The notes: generated by a model not told the origin, from the letters alone. Positions 22,231 to 33,579 are shown, numbered from the stretch's first letter. The stretch is 64,000 nt of DNA from Paramoeba atlantica (GCA_977017575.1 CDRNVI010000032.1:124001-188000), one strand, 5' to 3'. Program-made: numbers and translations.

Positions 22231-23523
22231 TTACACATTCATCGCTTTTATCCTCCACAGCGCAACGCAACCATCCTCCCCAGCTGTTCCCAAAATTCCC
22301 TGTCCTTTCTCAAAACACGAGACCCTGCAAATGCTACGCACCACTTCACCCGAATGTGCATTTGAGATGGCATCCACACGCCGTACAATCCCAGAATCAA
22401 GTAAGCCATTCCAGGAGACACAATCTCCACTCTTCTGATTGCCCAACTTCGCCACATCCTCAAATTGCTCCAAGGGCGACTTTACATTCCAGAATTCCAA
22501 GTCTCCGCTTCCCTTATCCTCTAATCCAGCATACCGACCCAAACAAAGTGTGAAACCTTGCTCCTCACACCACGGCAAGTTGTACGGAAGAACCTCTGCC
22601 ACATAGGAAGCCTCATCACGACGGGGAACATGTAACAAAATATCCCCCGTCCTGCTATCCGTCACAAACGCCTCCTCCAGCGAGGTGAAGCCCACCAACA
22701 GCGAGCACGGCGTCGTGCTCCCCCTCACCCCCTTCTCCCGATCGAACCCCCCCTCCAGGCTTCGTTTTCGTGGTTTCGATCTCTTCCTTGCCTTCCCGCC
22801 CATCCCCCAGACCCGACGGATGGGACTCCCCACCGCACTTACGGAGCCCAGCTCACCCTTTGTGGGTTCCGTGCAACACAGAAGCCCGTCTTCCGCGCCG
22901 GAGCAAAACACAGGGGAGGGGGCGCCATGGGGGGAACAGCACAGCGCGGTGACGCGGTCACTGTGGTTTTGGACGCGCGTGAGTACGCGTCGCTGTCGAA
23001 GATCCAGCACGAGGTAGTCCGCCCCGTCCCCGACCGTAAGGAGGTCGAACGAGAACCGGCGTGAGTCGAGGGGGGTGGGGGGGGTGTCCTGGGGAGGGGT
23101 GGGCTGGAATGTGGGTGTGGCTTGCCAGGCCACCGTGTGCGTGTCGGCATTGCGGCAAACTCGAAGGCATGCGGAGGGAGAGGGTTGACGAAGGTCGTGT
23201 AGGATCACGGTCCCATCGTGGTGGGAATAAGCGAGGAGATGAGGGGTGGAGGGGTGAGACGGTTGTGGAGGAGAAAAAGGGGTAGAGGAACCGTCGCTGT
23301 ACAAAACGGGAAAAGAAAAATCTGTGATACGACTTGAAGTGGATGATGATACGCGACTCACGATTTGTAGTGTGGCGATATCAATAAGAGACAATGGCTT
23401 CTGTTCTTCGGATAAGGAACTTTGTGTTGTTAGTGCCATTGTGTGATGGGAATTGACATTTTCGACTTTGGAGACGTATTCTGAAGCATGTAGGGACACA
23501 CTCCCAAGACATTCAAACGGCAT
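22231..23523 (-). CDS. WD40-repeat protein (WDR89-like)
   Basis: HSDRVTALCCSPH, FCSGAEDG, AHSGEVVRS..GTAGEDGCVALW; central part lies in a GC island. Confidence 0.7.
   Translation of the reverse strand: MPFECLGSVSLHASEYVSKVENVNSHHTMALTTQSSLSEEQKPLSLIDIATLQIVSRVSSSTSSRITDFSFPVLYSDGSSTPFSPPQPSHPSTPHLLAYSHHDGTVILHDLRQPSPSACLRVCRNADTHTVAWQATPTFQPTPPQDTPPTPLDSRRFSFDLLTVGDGADYLVLDLRQRRVLTRVQNHSDRVTALCCSPHGAPSPVFCSGAEDGLLCCTEPTKGELGSVSAVGSPIRRVWGMGGKARKRSKPRKRSLEGGFDREKGVRGSTTPCSLLVGFTSLEEAFVTDSRTGDILLHVPRRDEASYVAEVLPYNLPWCEEQGFTLCLGRYAGLEDKGSGDLEFWNVKSPLEQFEDVAKLGNQKSGDCVSWNGLLDSGIVRRVDAISNAHSGEVVRSICRVSCFEKGQGILGTAGEDGCVALWRIKAMNV
22590..23300. other. Intragenic GC island with skew inversion (island 3)
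   Basis: Plus strand 22681-22740 C28:G14; 23221-23280 C2:G32. Confidence 0.85.
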
Positions 23524-24242
23524 TTATGCGCAATCTGCGCCAATCAAGATTTAAATGGACGCTGGAATGCTAAAACATGCGATAGATAGATGATGACAAA
23601 GGTAGTAAAATTTATGCAGAACAATTGAGACAGATGTGGTACAGTGGTCGTCACCAATCTGAGAGTCACGAAAATGAGAATGAACCTCTCAAGAATGACA
23701 AATTATCGTGTCAACGTTCAACTCAAAAAGGGCCTTGAAAATGAGAATGGATCAAAAGGGACCCTGTTGGTTGCACAACCCTGTTGTGTAATCTGGGTCT
23801 CGAAAAGGAAACACCCGCATAAAAGTTCAGCTACTGCAGTGGTGAGGGTGATAACCTTGGGGGTGATGACCTTCGAAATTTCAGCGTCTAGGCATTATGG
23901 TTTTCACTTTTGAGCGAACATGCTGGAAGGGCCAAATCTCTCTTCCTGGGGGGTACCTTACTAGGGGGAGTATATGGTAGTAATTTAATTATGGTTACTA
24001 CTTAAAAAGTAGTGATTACTACCTTTAATCCTTGAGATGAGCTTAGATCAAGTAGTTAGTGATTGTTCTTCCAGCTGTGTACAGGGGTGTGTATTTTGTC
24101 TTAATGAAGGAAATTGGAGTTGATGAAAATCGCCCAGTTACGAGTTTACCCCCCGAGATCTTGCTGCGCTATCGTACATGTAATTCTAAATTTTTTTCTA
24201 GTGACTTTAAATGGGTTACAATCTTTCAAATTTCGGGAATTA

Positions 24243-24558
24243 CCGTAGACCCCCCCAGTAATAGAATCGATTTTGGGTCAAAATGGCCAAATCCTTGTTA
24301 CTGGGGGGAATATGCTTTTTGGGTGAGAAAAGACATTTTTTGTACATGAGTGCGTTGATTTTCAGCCTATCCAACCCCGCAACCACGCCATTCACTCCTC
24401 GCAACCGCCCTCACCCCGCCCAGCCACCATCACCCGCCCAAACACCCACTCCCCCCTCCAAAGACCCTCCCGAGCCGAATCCTTGTTACTGGGGGTCAGC
24501 CGAAAAAGGGTCAAATCCTTGTTACTGGGGGGGTCTATTACTGGGGGGGGGTCTACGG
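24243..24558. mobile_element. 316-bp pogo/Tc2-like MITE (CCGTA ends, TA TSD)
   Basis: TA|CCGTAGACCCCCCCAGTAATAG ... CTATTACTGGGGGGGGGTCTACGG|TA; internal CCTTGTTACTGGGGG repeats; sister copies at 14353 and 41903. Confidence 0.88.
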
Positions 24559-24582
24559 TATTGTTATACCGTAAGTGTTATA

Positions 24583-25121
24583 AACCCCTGGCCACCAATA
24601 AGGCACCCCCCTTATCTTTTGCACGAGGGGGCATGGTAGGGTTATGATACCATAATTTCGTTCAGATTTTTGAGATCTGTACGTTCCCGCCATTTTTAGT
24701 CCACCAAAACCTTGGAACAAAAAATATATAAAAAACTTGATGTTCCACTTCTGTTTTCCAGGAAGGCACAATTCTGCGATCAGGGGGCACGAGAGGCCTC
24801 CCTATGAAAAAAGGGCAGCAATCATCTTCGTGAGGAAAGCGTGATCTCTCGCTTGCAAAAAAAATGAGCAAAAACGCATGAAGTTGAAGTTCTCAGAGGG
24901 GGGCAGAGTTTTTCGTTTAAAAGGGCGTAATTTTTTTTGAAATTTTTAAGAGAGCAAAAATGTAGTAATCCGACTTTCAAATGTATGCATTTGGTATTTT
25001 TTGTTCCGTTTCTTAACGCGCAAACTCTTTGTGTTGAGATCTATAAAATGCTATAAAAATTAGCTCAAACAAGCGAAGCACTGGGATTTTGGAGGGGGGT
25101 GCCTTATTTTGGCCAGGGGTT
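24583..25121. mobile_element. ~540-bp Tc1-like MITE (TA TSD)
   Basis: TA|AACCCCTGGCCACCAATAAGGCACCCCCC ... GGGGGGTGCCTTATTTTGGCCAGGGGTT|TA; exact ends ambiguous by 2 nt because of TATA flanks. Confidence 0.85.
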
Positions 25122-25417
25122 TATAAATTATAGTGCTCAGAACGACTTTAAATGGAAATTTGGTCGAAAGGATCATTTGTTTTGAAAAAGCGTATTTTTG
25201 GGTGCAGTTTGAGTGCAGGTGACCCAAAGATTTTTTTCTACTTCTTTTCTATTTCTTGTCAACGTTCAACGGCAAAATCAACGAGAAAATGATAATAGTC
25301 GCGAAAATGAGAATGAAAATTAAAAAATCCTGTCAATGTTCAATTGCGGATTCTGAGAATAGTGACGACCACTGTACTACGAGGCGGCGTGTCAAAACAA
25401 GTTCGTGGCACCATATA

Positions 25418-25562
25418 CTGTGCCCCCCTAGTTATCTCACTACTTTTCGGGAAAAGGTGACAGGTAAGTAGGGGGGGGTAGGGTGACGGATAAGGTAGGG
25501 GTGTGACAGATAACTGGGGGGGGGGCTCAATGTGTGACAGATAACTAGCGGAGGGGGTACAG
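25418..25562. mobile_element. Small degenerate MITE (CTGT ends)
   Basis: TA|CTGTGCCCCCCTAGTTATCT ... AGATAACTAGCGGAGGGGGTACAG; right TA not preserved. Confidence 0.45.
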
Positions 25563-25754
25563 CATTTGTAAGGGAGTTTAGTATTTGTAACTTTCATTTG
25601 TAAACTTTACCTTTTTTGAGGCGACTACTCACGCCTTTCTTAAATGTGCACATCTCTTTTTCTCCTATGATTAGTGCTTTCTGAATGCAAAAAATTTACC
25701 TTTTCCTTACTTACCAAGACCAAAACTTACAATTTCTTTACTGGACTACAAGGA

Positions 25755-26483
25755 TTACTCACCATCCCAATGGACAGATAGCGGAAGCGGCACAGGAAGA
25801 ACAGCCTCGAAGGCGTTATCCTCAAGACCAACAAAATTGAGACCAAGAGGAAGGTCATCAACGTATACAACTCCTGAAAATCTATTCGACGAGAGATCAA
25901 TGTGTTCCATGCTATGAGGAAGAGACGAGAGATCAACTTCCCCAATAAAACCATTGTCATTTAAATTTAAAACCTCGAAGCACAGAGGAAGCTGCGTTAG
26001 TATTACTTCACGTGAGAGATCATTATGAGAGACGTCAAGTGAACGAAGAGACCACGGAAGTTGTGTTAAATCAAGTCTCCCGATCAAGGCGTTGCGGTGC
26101 AGCCGAAGATACTCCAGGTGGGATGGTAGCTCGCCCAGCTCAATTACCCCGTCAAATTGATTACGATGTAATTGTAGCGAAAACAAAAATGTGGGAAGAG
26201 CGGTGAGGTCTATGGTAGAACTGAGACTATTGCAGTCAGCGTGACACATAGTGAGTTGCGGGGGAAGAGCAGTAAGATCGAAGGAGCCGCTCAGAGAAAG
26301 TCCAGCTCATCGAAGTTCTGCAACTTGATGTTGGCTGTTACATACGACACCCGACCAGAGACACGGTTCCTCGTCTTTTCGGTCCATTCGTCCCGTATCC
26401 ATTTTCTGCAATAATCGATGCATTTGATACTCTGTGGGAAGTCCCGCACCACGAACTTTGGCAGGACGACTTCCAATGTCCAT
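25755..26483 (-). pseudogene. LRR family copy 3 with an in-frame TGA at a conserved Trp
   Basis: ATG 26483 reads MDIGSRPAKVRGAGLPTEY..CLWSGVVCNSQHQVAELR*AGLSLSG and continues in frame into ORF 25755-26249; TGA at 26307-26309. Confidence 0.75.
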
Positions 26484-26744
26484 AATTCGAAAGACAAAAA
26501 ATGGAAAAGAAAAAGCGAACTTTGTTTAAGAAAAAATGATGAAAACGGATCTACGGATTAACATGCGCGCATTCAGATGTGCAACATTTTACATTATACA
26601 TTGTACTACGTTCAATGCTCCCCTAAACCTCCACCATGTATTCAAGATGCGCGAATTACTCTTACACTTGATGTTGAAATCTTGCTGAAAAAAAAGGTAT
26701 GTAAATTGCAATGAAAAGTATTTTAACAAGCATTTCCAAAAATT

Positions 26745-27806
26745 TCATAGCCTTCCTTTTAACCATAGAGCAATAGGACAATGATCACTCCCACGTATAT
26801 TTGGCAAGGTAAAACTGTCCACTAATCGTGTAAGAAGAGCACGGGAGAGGACGAAATAATCCAATCGCCAACCTAATCCTCTGGCACGACCACCAATTCT
26901 AGCTGACCAGAAAGTATATGCTTTAGAGGCATTTGGATAAAGATGACGAAAGCTATCCACCATGGAAGTCTCGGTCAGGAGTGCGCGAAATGAAGCCCGC
27001 TCTTCTGGTGTAAATCCAGCGCATTTCTGCATTTGAGCGTAGCTTCCTTGAAAGTAGCGGTCGTAGTCACGTTCGGCAACATTCAAATCTCCTGCCCAAA
27101 TCACAGATTTCTTCCCGTTCTCCTCACTTTGAAGTTTTTGCAGGCATGTCTTCATGTCTCTATCCCACTGAGAGACACGATAAGAAAGCCTCTTTAATTC
27201 CATGCCAGCATTGGGTACATAAGTATTCACCAAAAACAACGTGGCAAACTCAAGAACAATAATACGACCTTCCGCATCGTGAGGTTCAGCGCGGGATAAA
27301 TCCGAGTGGTTGCCACCCACAATCTCCATCTTGCCCTTATCCGAGCATTGCTTTGACGGATGAAAACTCCAAATGCGGTGTGGCACGGAATCACGCACAT
27401 AGATCCGTGTTCCAGAGTACCCTTTCTTTGCAGAGCTACAACTTTCATAGAAGACATATCCACTAACTTTGGCTAACTTGGCGTTTTCCGCAGCATTAGG
27501 CTGTAATTTGGTTTCCTGGAGACACACAACGTCAGGGCGTTCTGTTTCGAAAAGTTGGTGAAACTCCTTGTCCCAGTTTCTCATAACGGCACGGAGTCCG
27601 GCTACATTCCAGGAAAGAATCTTGACCATGGAATCTGAAGTAAAGTCTGAATCCTTGGATGCCCGCTGAAAGGGTATGGTCCCCTCTAAAATAGATTCTT
27701 CAGTTACCTTTGCTGCTACCAATGCTTTGCCTGATTTCATAACGGAACGTTTTTTGGGTTCTGGGCTCGTGGAATTCGAAAGTTTTTGTTTTCGCTCAGC
27801 CACCAT
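26745..27806 (-). CDS. APE1: AP endonuclease 1 (ExoIII family)
   Basis: SWNVAGLR, LQETK, YVPNAG, GDLNVA, WRLDYF, SDHCP. Confidence 0.93.
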   Translation of the reverse strand: MVAERKQKLSNSTSPEPKKRSVMKSGKALVAAKVTEESILEGTIPFQRASKDSDFTSDSMVKILSWNVAGLRAVMRNWDKEFHQLFETERPDVVCLQETKLQPNAAENAKLAKVSGYVFYESCSSAKKGYSGTRIYVRDSVPHRIWSFHPSKQCSDKGKMEIVGGNHSDLSRAEPHDAEGRIIVLEFATLFLVNTYVPNAGMELKRLSYRVSQWDRDMKTCLQKLQSEENGKKSVIWAGDLNVAERDYDRYFQGSYAQMQKCAGFTPEERASFRALLTETSMVDSFRHLYPNASKAYTFWSARIGGRARGLGWRLDYFVLSRALLTRLVDSFTLPNIRGSDHCPIALWLKGRL

Positions 27807-28029
27807 TGTTAGAAAGTCAAAAGAGAAAGAAAGAATAAATCGAAGAGTCCTTTGTTCCTTTCTTCAAGTGTCTAACCCAAGTAACAAAGTTTTTGTCATA
27901 CATTAATCTTTGAAACTAGAAATGACAGAATCGTACATGTCCAATGTGATTGCTCACGTACTCTATTCTTGCTGTTTTTTCAATGTGGGTCCCCCAGCTT
28001 GTGGAAAATTCGATATTTCGAAGCTCTTA

Positions 28030-30390
28030 CTACTTTTCAAAGTTTCGAAAAGAAGAGAAAAATTCCCTTAACGTGGCGAATGCAGTTGAAAAAGAAAGTG
28101 CGCACTGAGAAGTGTCACTACGCTTTTGTGTGATGTTTTCTTGTATCCAATGTGGCAATAAGGATTGAAGCTTCGGTTGTGACATCCTTTCGTCTAAAAA
28201 TAGAATGGCAGCATAATCCCCACGGTGACGTATTGCTCGACCAATAGTTTGATTAACAGTCGTCATACACAAGGCATCATAGTAGTTCGCTTCTGAAATT
28301 GAGGGATTCTGATTTTGAAGGTATTGCAAGCGTGCCTTTGATTCTGTGTCGTGAGGATTAGGATATGGAAGACCGATAATGACAACAAGTCTACAGTAGT
28401 CGTCCTCAAAATTGATGCCTTCTGAGAGTCGTCCTCCCATAACGGAACAAAGCAAAGCGCCATTTTCAGAATTCGAAATGGTAGTGCGATACTGTTCTAA
28501 CAATGTAGTAAGATTGGCGCCAGAGTGCTCACGGAAAATTTTCTTTTTCGCCTCAATGGCCAAACAAATTCCGTTGGACTCCCAAACTTTGTAAACAAAA
28601 TCAAGATGTGAGAATGACGCAAAGAACAATACTATGCCTTTGGGCACAATTTGAACCAAATTTCGAACCGAACGCCCGGCCTCCAATGCCATCTCTGTGT
28701 CTTGACCAGACTGCTTCGCGGCATGTGTGAAGCGCATGCTAGTTTGGGTAGGTCCCGAAGTGACGCAAAGAGCGCACACGTGATTTCGAGGAATAACGTG
28801 CGGCAAGGAAATACGAATGGGAGATCGATTCCCTAAAGCAGACGCAGAAAAAAGCTCAGCATCTAGGATGGACTGTGGTGGCATTGTGCCTCCGATAAGG
28901 ATAACGCAGAGTGCCTCCTCAAGTAAAGAGGTAAAGGCACGCCGTCCAGATAAGGCAGTTAGTGCCAAACAGTTAGCATCCGGAGTATGGAGTACAACCA
29001 TGTCTCCGGTTTCTGAGGCTAAAAGAGAAAGAAATTGTGTCAAATCATCAAGAGGGGCACTTCGAGCAAGCTGTTGAACTAGAGTGGATTCCCTACAAAA
29101 ATTCGCCAGAGCCAAAAAGTCGTGATTCACTAGTTTAATATCTTTTAAGAATGTCCCAACATTAAATGCCACAGTATGCAAGTTTGTATTCTGCTGGAAG
29201 GTCCTAGAATTGGCACTATAAGATGCTGCATTAAAAAAGGAATAAAAACTGTCACATATGCGTTTAAGTTCAAATAATTTTTCCCTTGTTTTGGTAAGTT
29301 GCCCTTGCTTCTGAAGCGCATCAGAAAGACAGCAGCGTATTTTTTCTACCTTTCCTAAACAAATTTCTTTTGAAAGCGCAGCATGACATGAAGATATTAA
29401 ATTATGTGCTTCGTCTATGATTACTACGCTCCCAGTTAGATGCAAACCACATTCTTCTCTTGCATGAGCGTCCAGTAAAGTGTTGTAAGGCGTTAAAACA
29501 ATTTGGGCCTGTGCCACGGCCCGACGCGTAGCGTAATAAGCGCACGTGTGTGTCGCAGATCCCAAATTCTCAATGTCTTCGAGTGTATGCGGCTTCGATA
29601 TCACGGTTTCTGCAAGTTGATTCTCACGTTCTAGGTTGTGGTAGGGACATGCCATTCCCAAATCGTGACAAGCATTATTTAAGTCAGCGATGCTTTCGCC
29701 ATGTGAAGAGCGAACATTTTTATTCAAACATAAATGTAGTCGTGATGCAAGCGGTACGGATGAGACTCGGAAAAGTTTCAAGTACGGTGATTTTCGAAGC
29801 TCAGTGATGAACTGACCAAGTTGTGAATGAGTACGACTAGTAAATATAAGTTTTGGGGTCAAATAACAGGTGGAAGTAATGTTGGACTCATCATCTGACG
29901 AGATTTCGGGTGTTTGACCAGAAAAATCATTTTCACACAATGCGCCATTCTTCAAAGAAACATTGTCTCGTTTAGAGAGTACCGAATAGGGCTTAATAAG
30001 CCCACGCTTTCTTTTTCTAATTCCTTCTTTATTGCTTATAAAGTCACGAAGTTTTTCGAGTCCTCTTTGAGCGTCCCACTGGCGTACGAAGAATGGAATG
30101 TTTCCATCTTCATCTGTCGATCTTTTATCCTTAACTCCAGGAAGAGGCCATGGTAAGTTTCGTTTTCCGGTATATAGTTCGTGAAACCAATGTAGTACAG
30201 CGCTAATAACACATAGAGTTTTTCCAGTCCCAGTCGGTGACTCTAAGATACTTATACCCATGTTTTCCAGAGCGGATAGTATTGCGCTCACAAGCGTACG
30301 TTGTGTATCGTAAGGAGAATAAGGAAAAGCAACTTGATAGGATCCGCAGCTGTGCCGTTGAACGTCTGTTTGGACAAATGTTCCTTCCAT
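28030..30390 (-). CDS. DDX11: Fe-S SF2 DNA helicase Chl1/DDX11 (XPD family)
   Basis: ESPTGTGKTL, FTSRTHSQL, Fe-S cysteines, IDEAHN, GGRLSEGINFEDD, NQTIGRAIRHRGDYA. Confidence 0.88.
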   Translation of the reverse strand: MEGTFVQTDVQRHSCGSYQVAFPYSPYDTQRTLVSAILSALENMGISILESPTGTGKTLCVISAVLHWFHELYTGKRNLPWPLPGVKDKRSTDEDGNIPFFVRQWDAQRGLEKLRDFISNKEGIRKRKRGLIKPYSVLSKRDNVSLKNGALCENDFSGQTPEISSDDESNITSTCYLTPKLIFTSRTHSQLGQFITELRKSPYLKLFRVSSVPLASRLHLCLNKNVRSSHGESIADLNNACHDLGMACPYHNLERENQLAETVISKPHTLEDIENLGSATHTCAYYATRRAVAQAQIVLTPYNTLLDAHAREECGLHLTGSVVIIDEAHNLISSCHAALSKEICLGKVEKIRCCLSDALQKQGQLTKTREKLFELKRICDSFYSFFNAASYSANSRTFQQNTNLHTVAFNVGTFLKDIKLVNHDFLALANFCRESTLVQQLARSAPLDDLTQFLSLLASETGDMVVLHTPDANCLALTALSGRRAFTSLLEEALCVILIGGTMPPQSILDAELFSASALGNRSPIRISLPHVIPRNHVCALCVTSGPTQTSMRFTHAAKQSGQDTEMALEAGRSVRNLVQIVPKGIVLFFASFSHLDFVYKVWESNGICLAIEAKKKIFREHSGANLTTLLEQYRTTISNSENGALLCSVMGGRLSEGINFEDDYCRLVVIIGLPYPNPHDTESKARLQYLQNQNPSISEANYYDALCMTTVNQTIGRAIRHRGDYAAILFLDERMSQPKLQSLLPHWIQENITQKRSDTSQCALSFSTAFATLREFFSSFRNFEK

Positions 30391-30732
30391 AAGAAAAGCA
30401 GCCCCGAAAGAGATGTATCAAGCACTACCCAACATAAACATGTAGAATTACGAATATAACTTGTAGAAGCAATAGATTAAGCTTTGCACTGTATATCAGG
30501 TATAAACTTCACAACTCCAACATAACGATGCCATACTGCAGACAACACTGTATGTTTCAAGATGTGATACAACACCATGTTGTAGGTACAAGAAGCGGAA
30601 ACTGTTACGATAAAATACTCGACAGAGAGAACAATTCGAAAAAGAAGACTTAATTAAACTCGAAAATTACGTAAAGAAAGAAAAATTATATTTTCAGGAG
30701 TGATAAAAAACATCAGCTCATTACAGAAAGAG

Positions 30733-33579
30733 TCATCTTTTCCAAGTATAGTAATTATCTTCGTGGAATTCGAGAGAACCATCAGCAGGCGACGTCTGTC
30801 CGCTATTCGAAGTGCTGTGCGACAGCGATGTGCACCCCGAGACATTTGTACAACATTCCATTTTGTCAAATTTCGTGCGTGAAACGTCTGTGCTTCCAAC
30901 AGTAAGAAGGTCGCGGAAATGTGTTTGTATACTTTTGATTTCATGAAGCTTCTTCGCGCTAGAATCGGTTAAGTCCTGAAGTCGAAGTTGTAATTTGGTT
31001 TGCTCATCGTCTAGCTTTTTCTGGTTTATTTTCGCTTTTTGAAGTTCTTCTTTAACCCGAGTGCCGGAATTTACTACTTGTTCAAGGCGTCTCTGGAGAT
31101 TCTTCCTTTTATCCACCAAATTCCTATGTTGAGACCTCAGAGTATGTAATAGTTTAGTACCTTCCTTTCGCCGTAGCTGTCGAACGCGCAAAATTTCCAA
31201 ATTATGAACAAGTTCTGAGCGCATCTTTTCCCATTCCATAGTGTGCTCAGCAACAATATCAGTCCGTAAACGCTTTTCTTCCTCTTCAATGGCTAATGCT
31301 TCTTTCCGATAAAGATTTTGCGAACCCCTTTGTGCACCTTTATTATTTTTTGCTTTACTTACAACTTGAGCCATTCTTTGTTCAGTGTCTCTCTGAATCT
31401 TCTTGGGAGTCTCATCGACTGATTTTTTTAATAGAAAAGTTTCACTGCCTTCACATAAAAGTGATTTGTCTACTTCATTTTTAGCATATTCATCGGAACT
31501 AACATTTTTCGCAGCTGTGTTTTCATAAGTTAAATAACAATCCTGTCCCTTTTTTGCTTTCGCATCGCTTTTAATAGGAAGATCGGTGATCACGGATGAA
31601 TTGCCAGAGGACGCCAAAATTTCTTTTGGAAGAGAAGGCATTGGATATTTGTCCAACAAAGACTTTATAACACTGTTAAGCTGATTAGGATTCAAATCGG
31701 ATAGCCAGGAATTGCGTTTCGCTGTTGTATCGTCCGTTTGTGTTGCAATATTGCCCAGTAATCCTAGGTGGAGCTCGAATCGAAAAGAATCTGTTTCTGG
31801 GTCCCGAAAAGACTTATTAGAGTCAAACAATTCCGCGAATGTGATTACATTGCTGAAACCGTATACAGAAGGTTCGGATTCCTGTCCAGTAAAAAAAACT
31901 AAACCTTCTTTACGCGAAATTATAATGTTGCGATTATCCAGCAAATATAAACGTAGCACACAGCGTGCACGAAGCGTCTGCCGGACAAATATGGAGAGTC
32001 TAGAATTTTCGTGAGAAAATAGCATATTCCATTGCATACCCGCAAAATTAAATCGAGAGCTAAATAGTTGAAAAGAAGATTTCTGCAACAGACTTACACC
32101 ATTTAATTTCCAAGACACCACGCCGTAGAAATTGTGTGTGCTGCATCCAAGTATGTGCAAACGGGGAGCAGATGCGGGTTTGATGTTATTTTGTAATGAA
32201 ACTTGAGAAGCACCAGTTGGACAATTATGACTTTCATTACTAAACTTTGAAACCCCGTTGTACGTTCCTTCTTTATCAGGGGTTTCTGCAACTGAACGTA
32301 CAAAATTTGATTCTCGAGAGAATACGTAGTGGACAACGTTTTCTATATTGTTTGCCACATAATCTGTTAAAGAATCAAAAAGTTTTTTTTCTAACTCACT
32401 GATCACCAGCCCTAACAAATTGCTTGGCAAAGAGCGCAGAAATTCAAATAGTCCAAGAGCCAACAAATGTTCAGCAATATGCTGAATGTTACTTGTGGGA
32501 GGAAGGTCGCAAGCTACAAGCATCTTTGATAGATTAGCTAATGATACGGAATTTAGTGTTTGGGTTAAATTCTGACATAATTGCTTCACCAAACCAAACT
32601 TTTTCACCTGAAACACATTATGAAGCAAATCAAACTCATCCATTTTAGTCGCAAAGCACACGGAGCCGTGTAGGACCATGCGCTCTAGTAAGAAAAGAAT
32701 TAGTTCTTTCTGATTTGGTCGAGATAACGCGCCTTCCTCACTTAAAGGTAAAGAAGACCCATCCAACCGTTGGGTATCATTGCTTGTAGAAGTGTCCTTA
32801 CCACGAGCTGACATCTGTGGAAAGTTAGGTGTACCATTCACTGGAGATAACAAAATACTTGTAAGCGTTGATGAGGAAAGGCCCGATAATTTATCCGTAA
32901 CGTTCGACAAAATTGTTTCCGGAGTAGAATTGAGATTAACGAGTTTGGTACTAATTTTTTTGGTGCGCAATCGTCTTGGTATTGGAGAGGGTTTTGAAAA
33001 GGGCCCCAAAAAGCCCAAATTTTCGGCGTCTGAGATTTCACTCGAATCAGTTTCATCGCTAGCCGGAGAATCCTCTTCATCAAAAGAACAACTGCAATTG
33101 CCACTCGTAACTTCATGACTCTTGTATGCTCCGGAGAATGATTGCAAGTAGTTGAACCACGTCCTCGGTGCTCCAGAACATGGAGGCGAACATTGTGTAT
33201 CGAGATTAGTGGATGACCCAGGACATGAACTGGAGCAAGCCTTCATCCAAGGAAAAGGCGTATCTGACACTTTGTCGTGCACTTTTTCATGGGATTCAGT
33301 GCCTGAAACCATCGAAGAAAGTTTTGAATGAAAGCTCAGAGAACTTTGCGAGTTACAAGAATCCAGGTGATGTGAAAAACATTCAAAGCATTTGCAACCT
33401 TTCGATACTAAGGAAGAATTCTGCCTGATGTCGACATCTTGGTTTTCCGGAGCAGAAGCTTCGTGCCTTGATGCAATAGGCTCAACAGGAAGCTCTTCTG
33501 TATTCTTAGAATGCCTTCTCTCCTTACTATCTACCCCTCCTTGCGTAACCATTTGTTTTTTGCGCAGTGATTTCGGCAT
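30733..33579 (-). CDS. MATH/TRAF-domain protein with C-terminal coiled coil
   Basis: VSWKLNG..FSSRFNFAGMQWNMLF..LSIFV..FGFSNVITFAELFD..FRFELHL MATH-like segment; ~150-aa coiled coil. Confidence 0.7.
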   Translation of the reverse strand: MPKSLRKKQMVTQGGVDSKERRHSKNTEELPVEPIASRHEASAPENQDVDIRQNSSLVSKGCKCFECFSHHLDSCNSQSSLSFHSKLSSMVSGTESHEKVHDKVSDTPFPWMKACSSSCPGSSTNLDTQCSPPCSGAPRTWFNYLQSFSGAYKSHEVTSGNCSCSFDEEDSPASDETDSSEISDAENLGFLGPFSKPSPIPRRLRTKKISTKLVNLNSTPETILSNVTDKLSGLSSSTLTSILLSPVNGTPNFPQMSARGKDTSTSNDTQRLDGSSLPLSEEGALSRPNQKELILFLLERMVLHGSVCFATKMDEFDLLHNVFQVKKFGLVKQLCQNLTQTLNSVSLANLSKMLVACDLPPTSNIQHIAEHLLALGLFEFLRSLPSNLLGLVISELEKKLFDSLTDYVANNIENVVHYVFSRESNFVRSVAETPDKEGTYNGVSKFSNESHNCPTGASQVSLQNNIKPASAPRLHILGCSTHNFYGVVSWKLNGVSLLQKSSFQLFSSRFNFAGMQWNMLFSHENSRLSIFVRQTLRARCVLRLYLLDNRNIIISRKEGLVFFTGQESEPSVYGFSNVITFAELFDSNKSFRDPETDSFRFELHLGLLGNIATQTDDTTAKRNSWLSDLNPNQLNSVIKSLLDKYPMPSLPKEILASSGNSSVITDLPIKSDAKAKKGQDCYLTYENTAAKNVSSDEYAKNEVDKSLLCEGSETFLLKKSVDETPKKIQRDTEQRMAQVVSKAKNNKGAQRGSQNLYRKEALAIEEEEKRLRTDIVAEHTMEWEKMRSELVHNLEILRVRQLRRKEGTKLLHTLRSQHRNLVDKRKNLQRRLEQVVNSGTRVKEELQKAKINQKKLDDEQTKLQLRLQDLTDSSAKKLHEIKSIQTHFRDLLTVGSTDVSRTKFDKMECCTNVSGCTSLSHSTSNSGQTSPADGSLEFHEDNYYTWKR

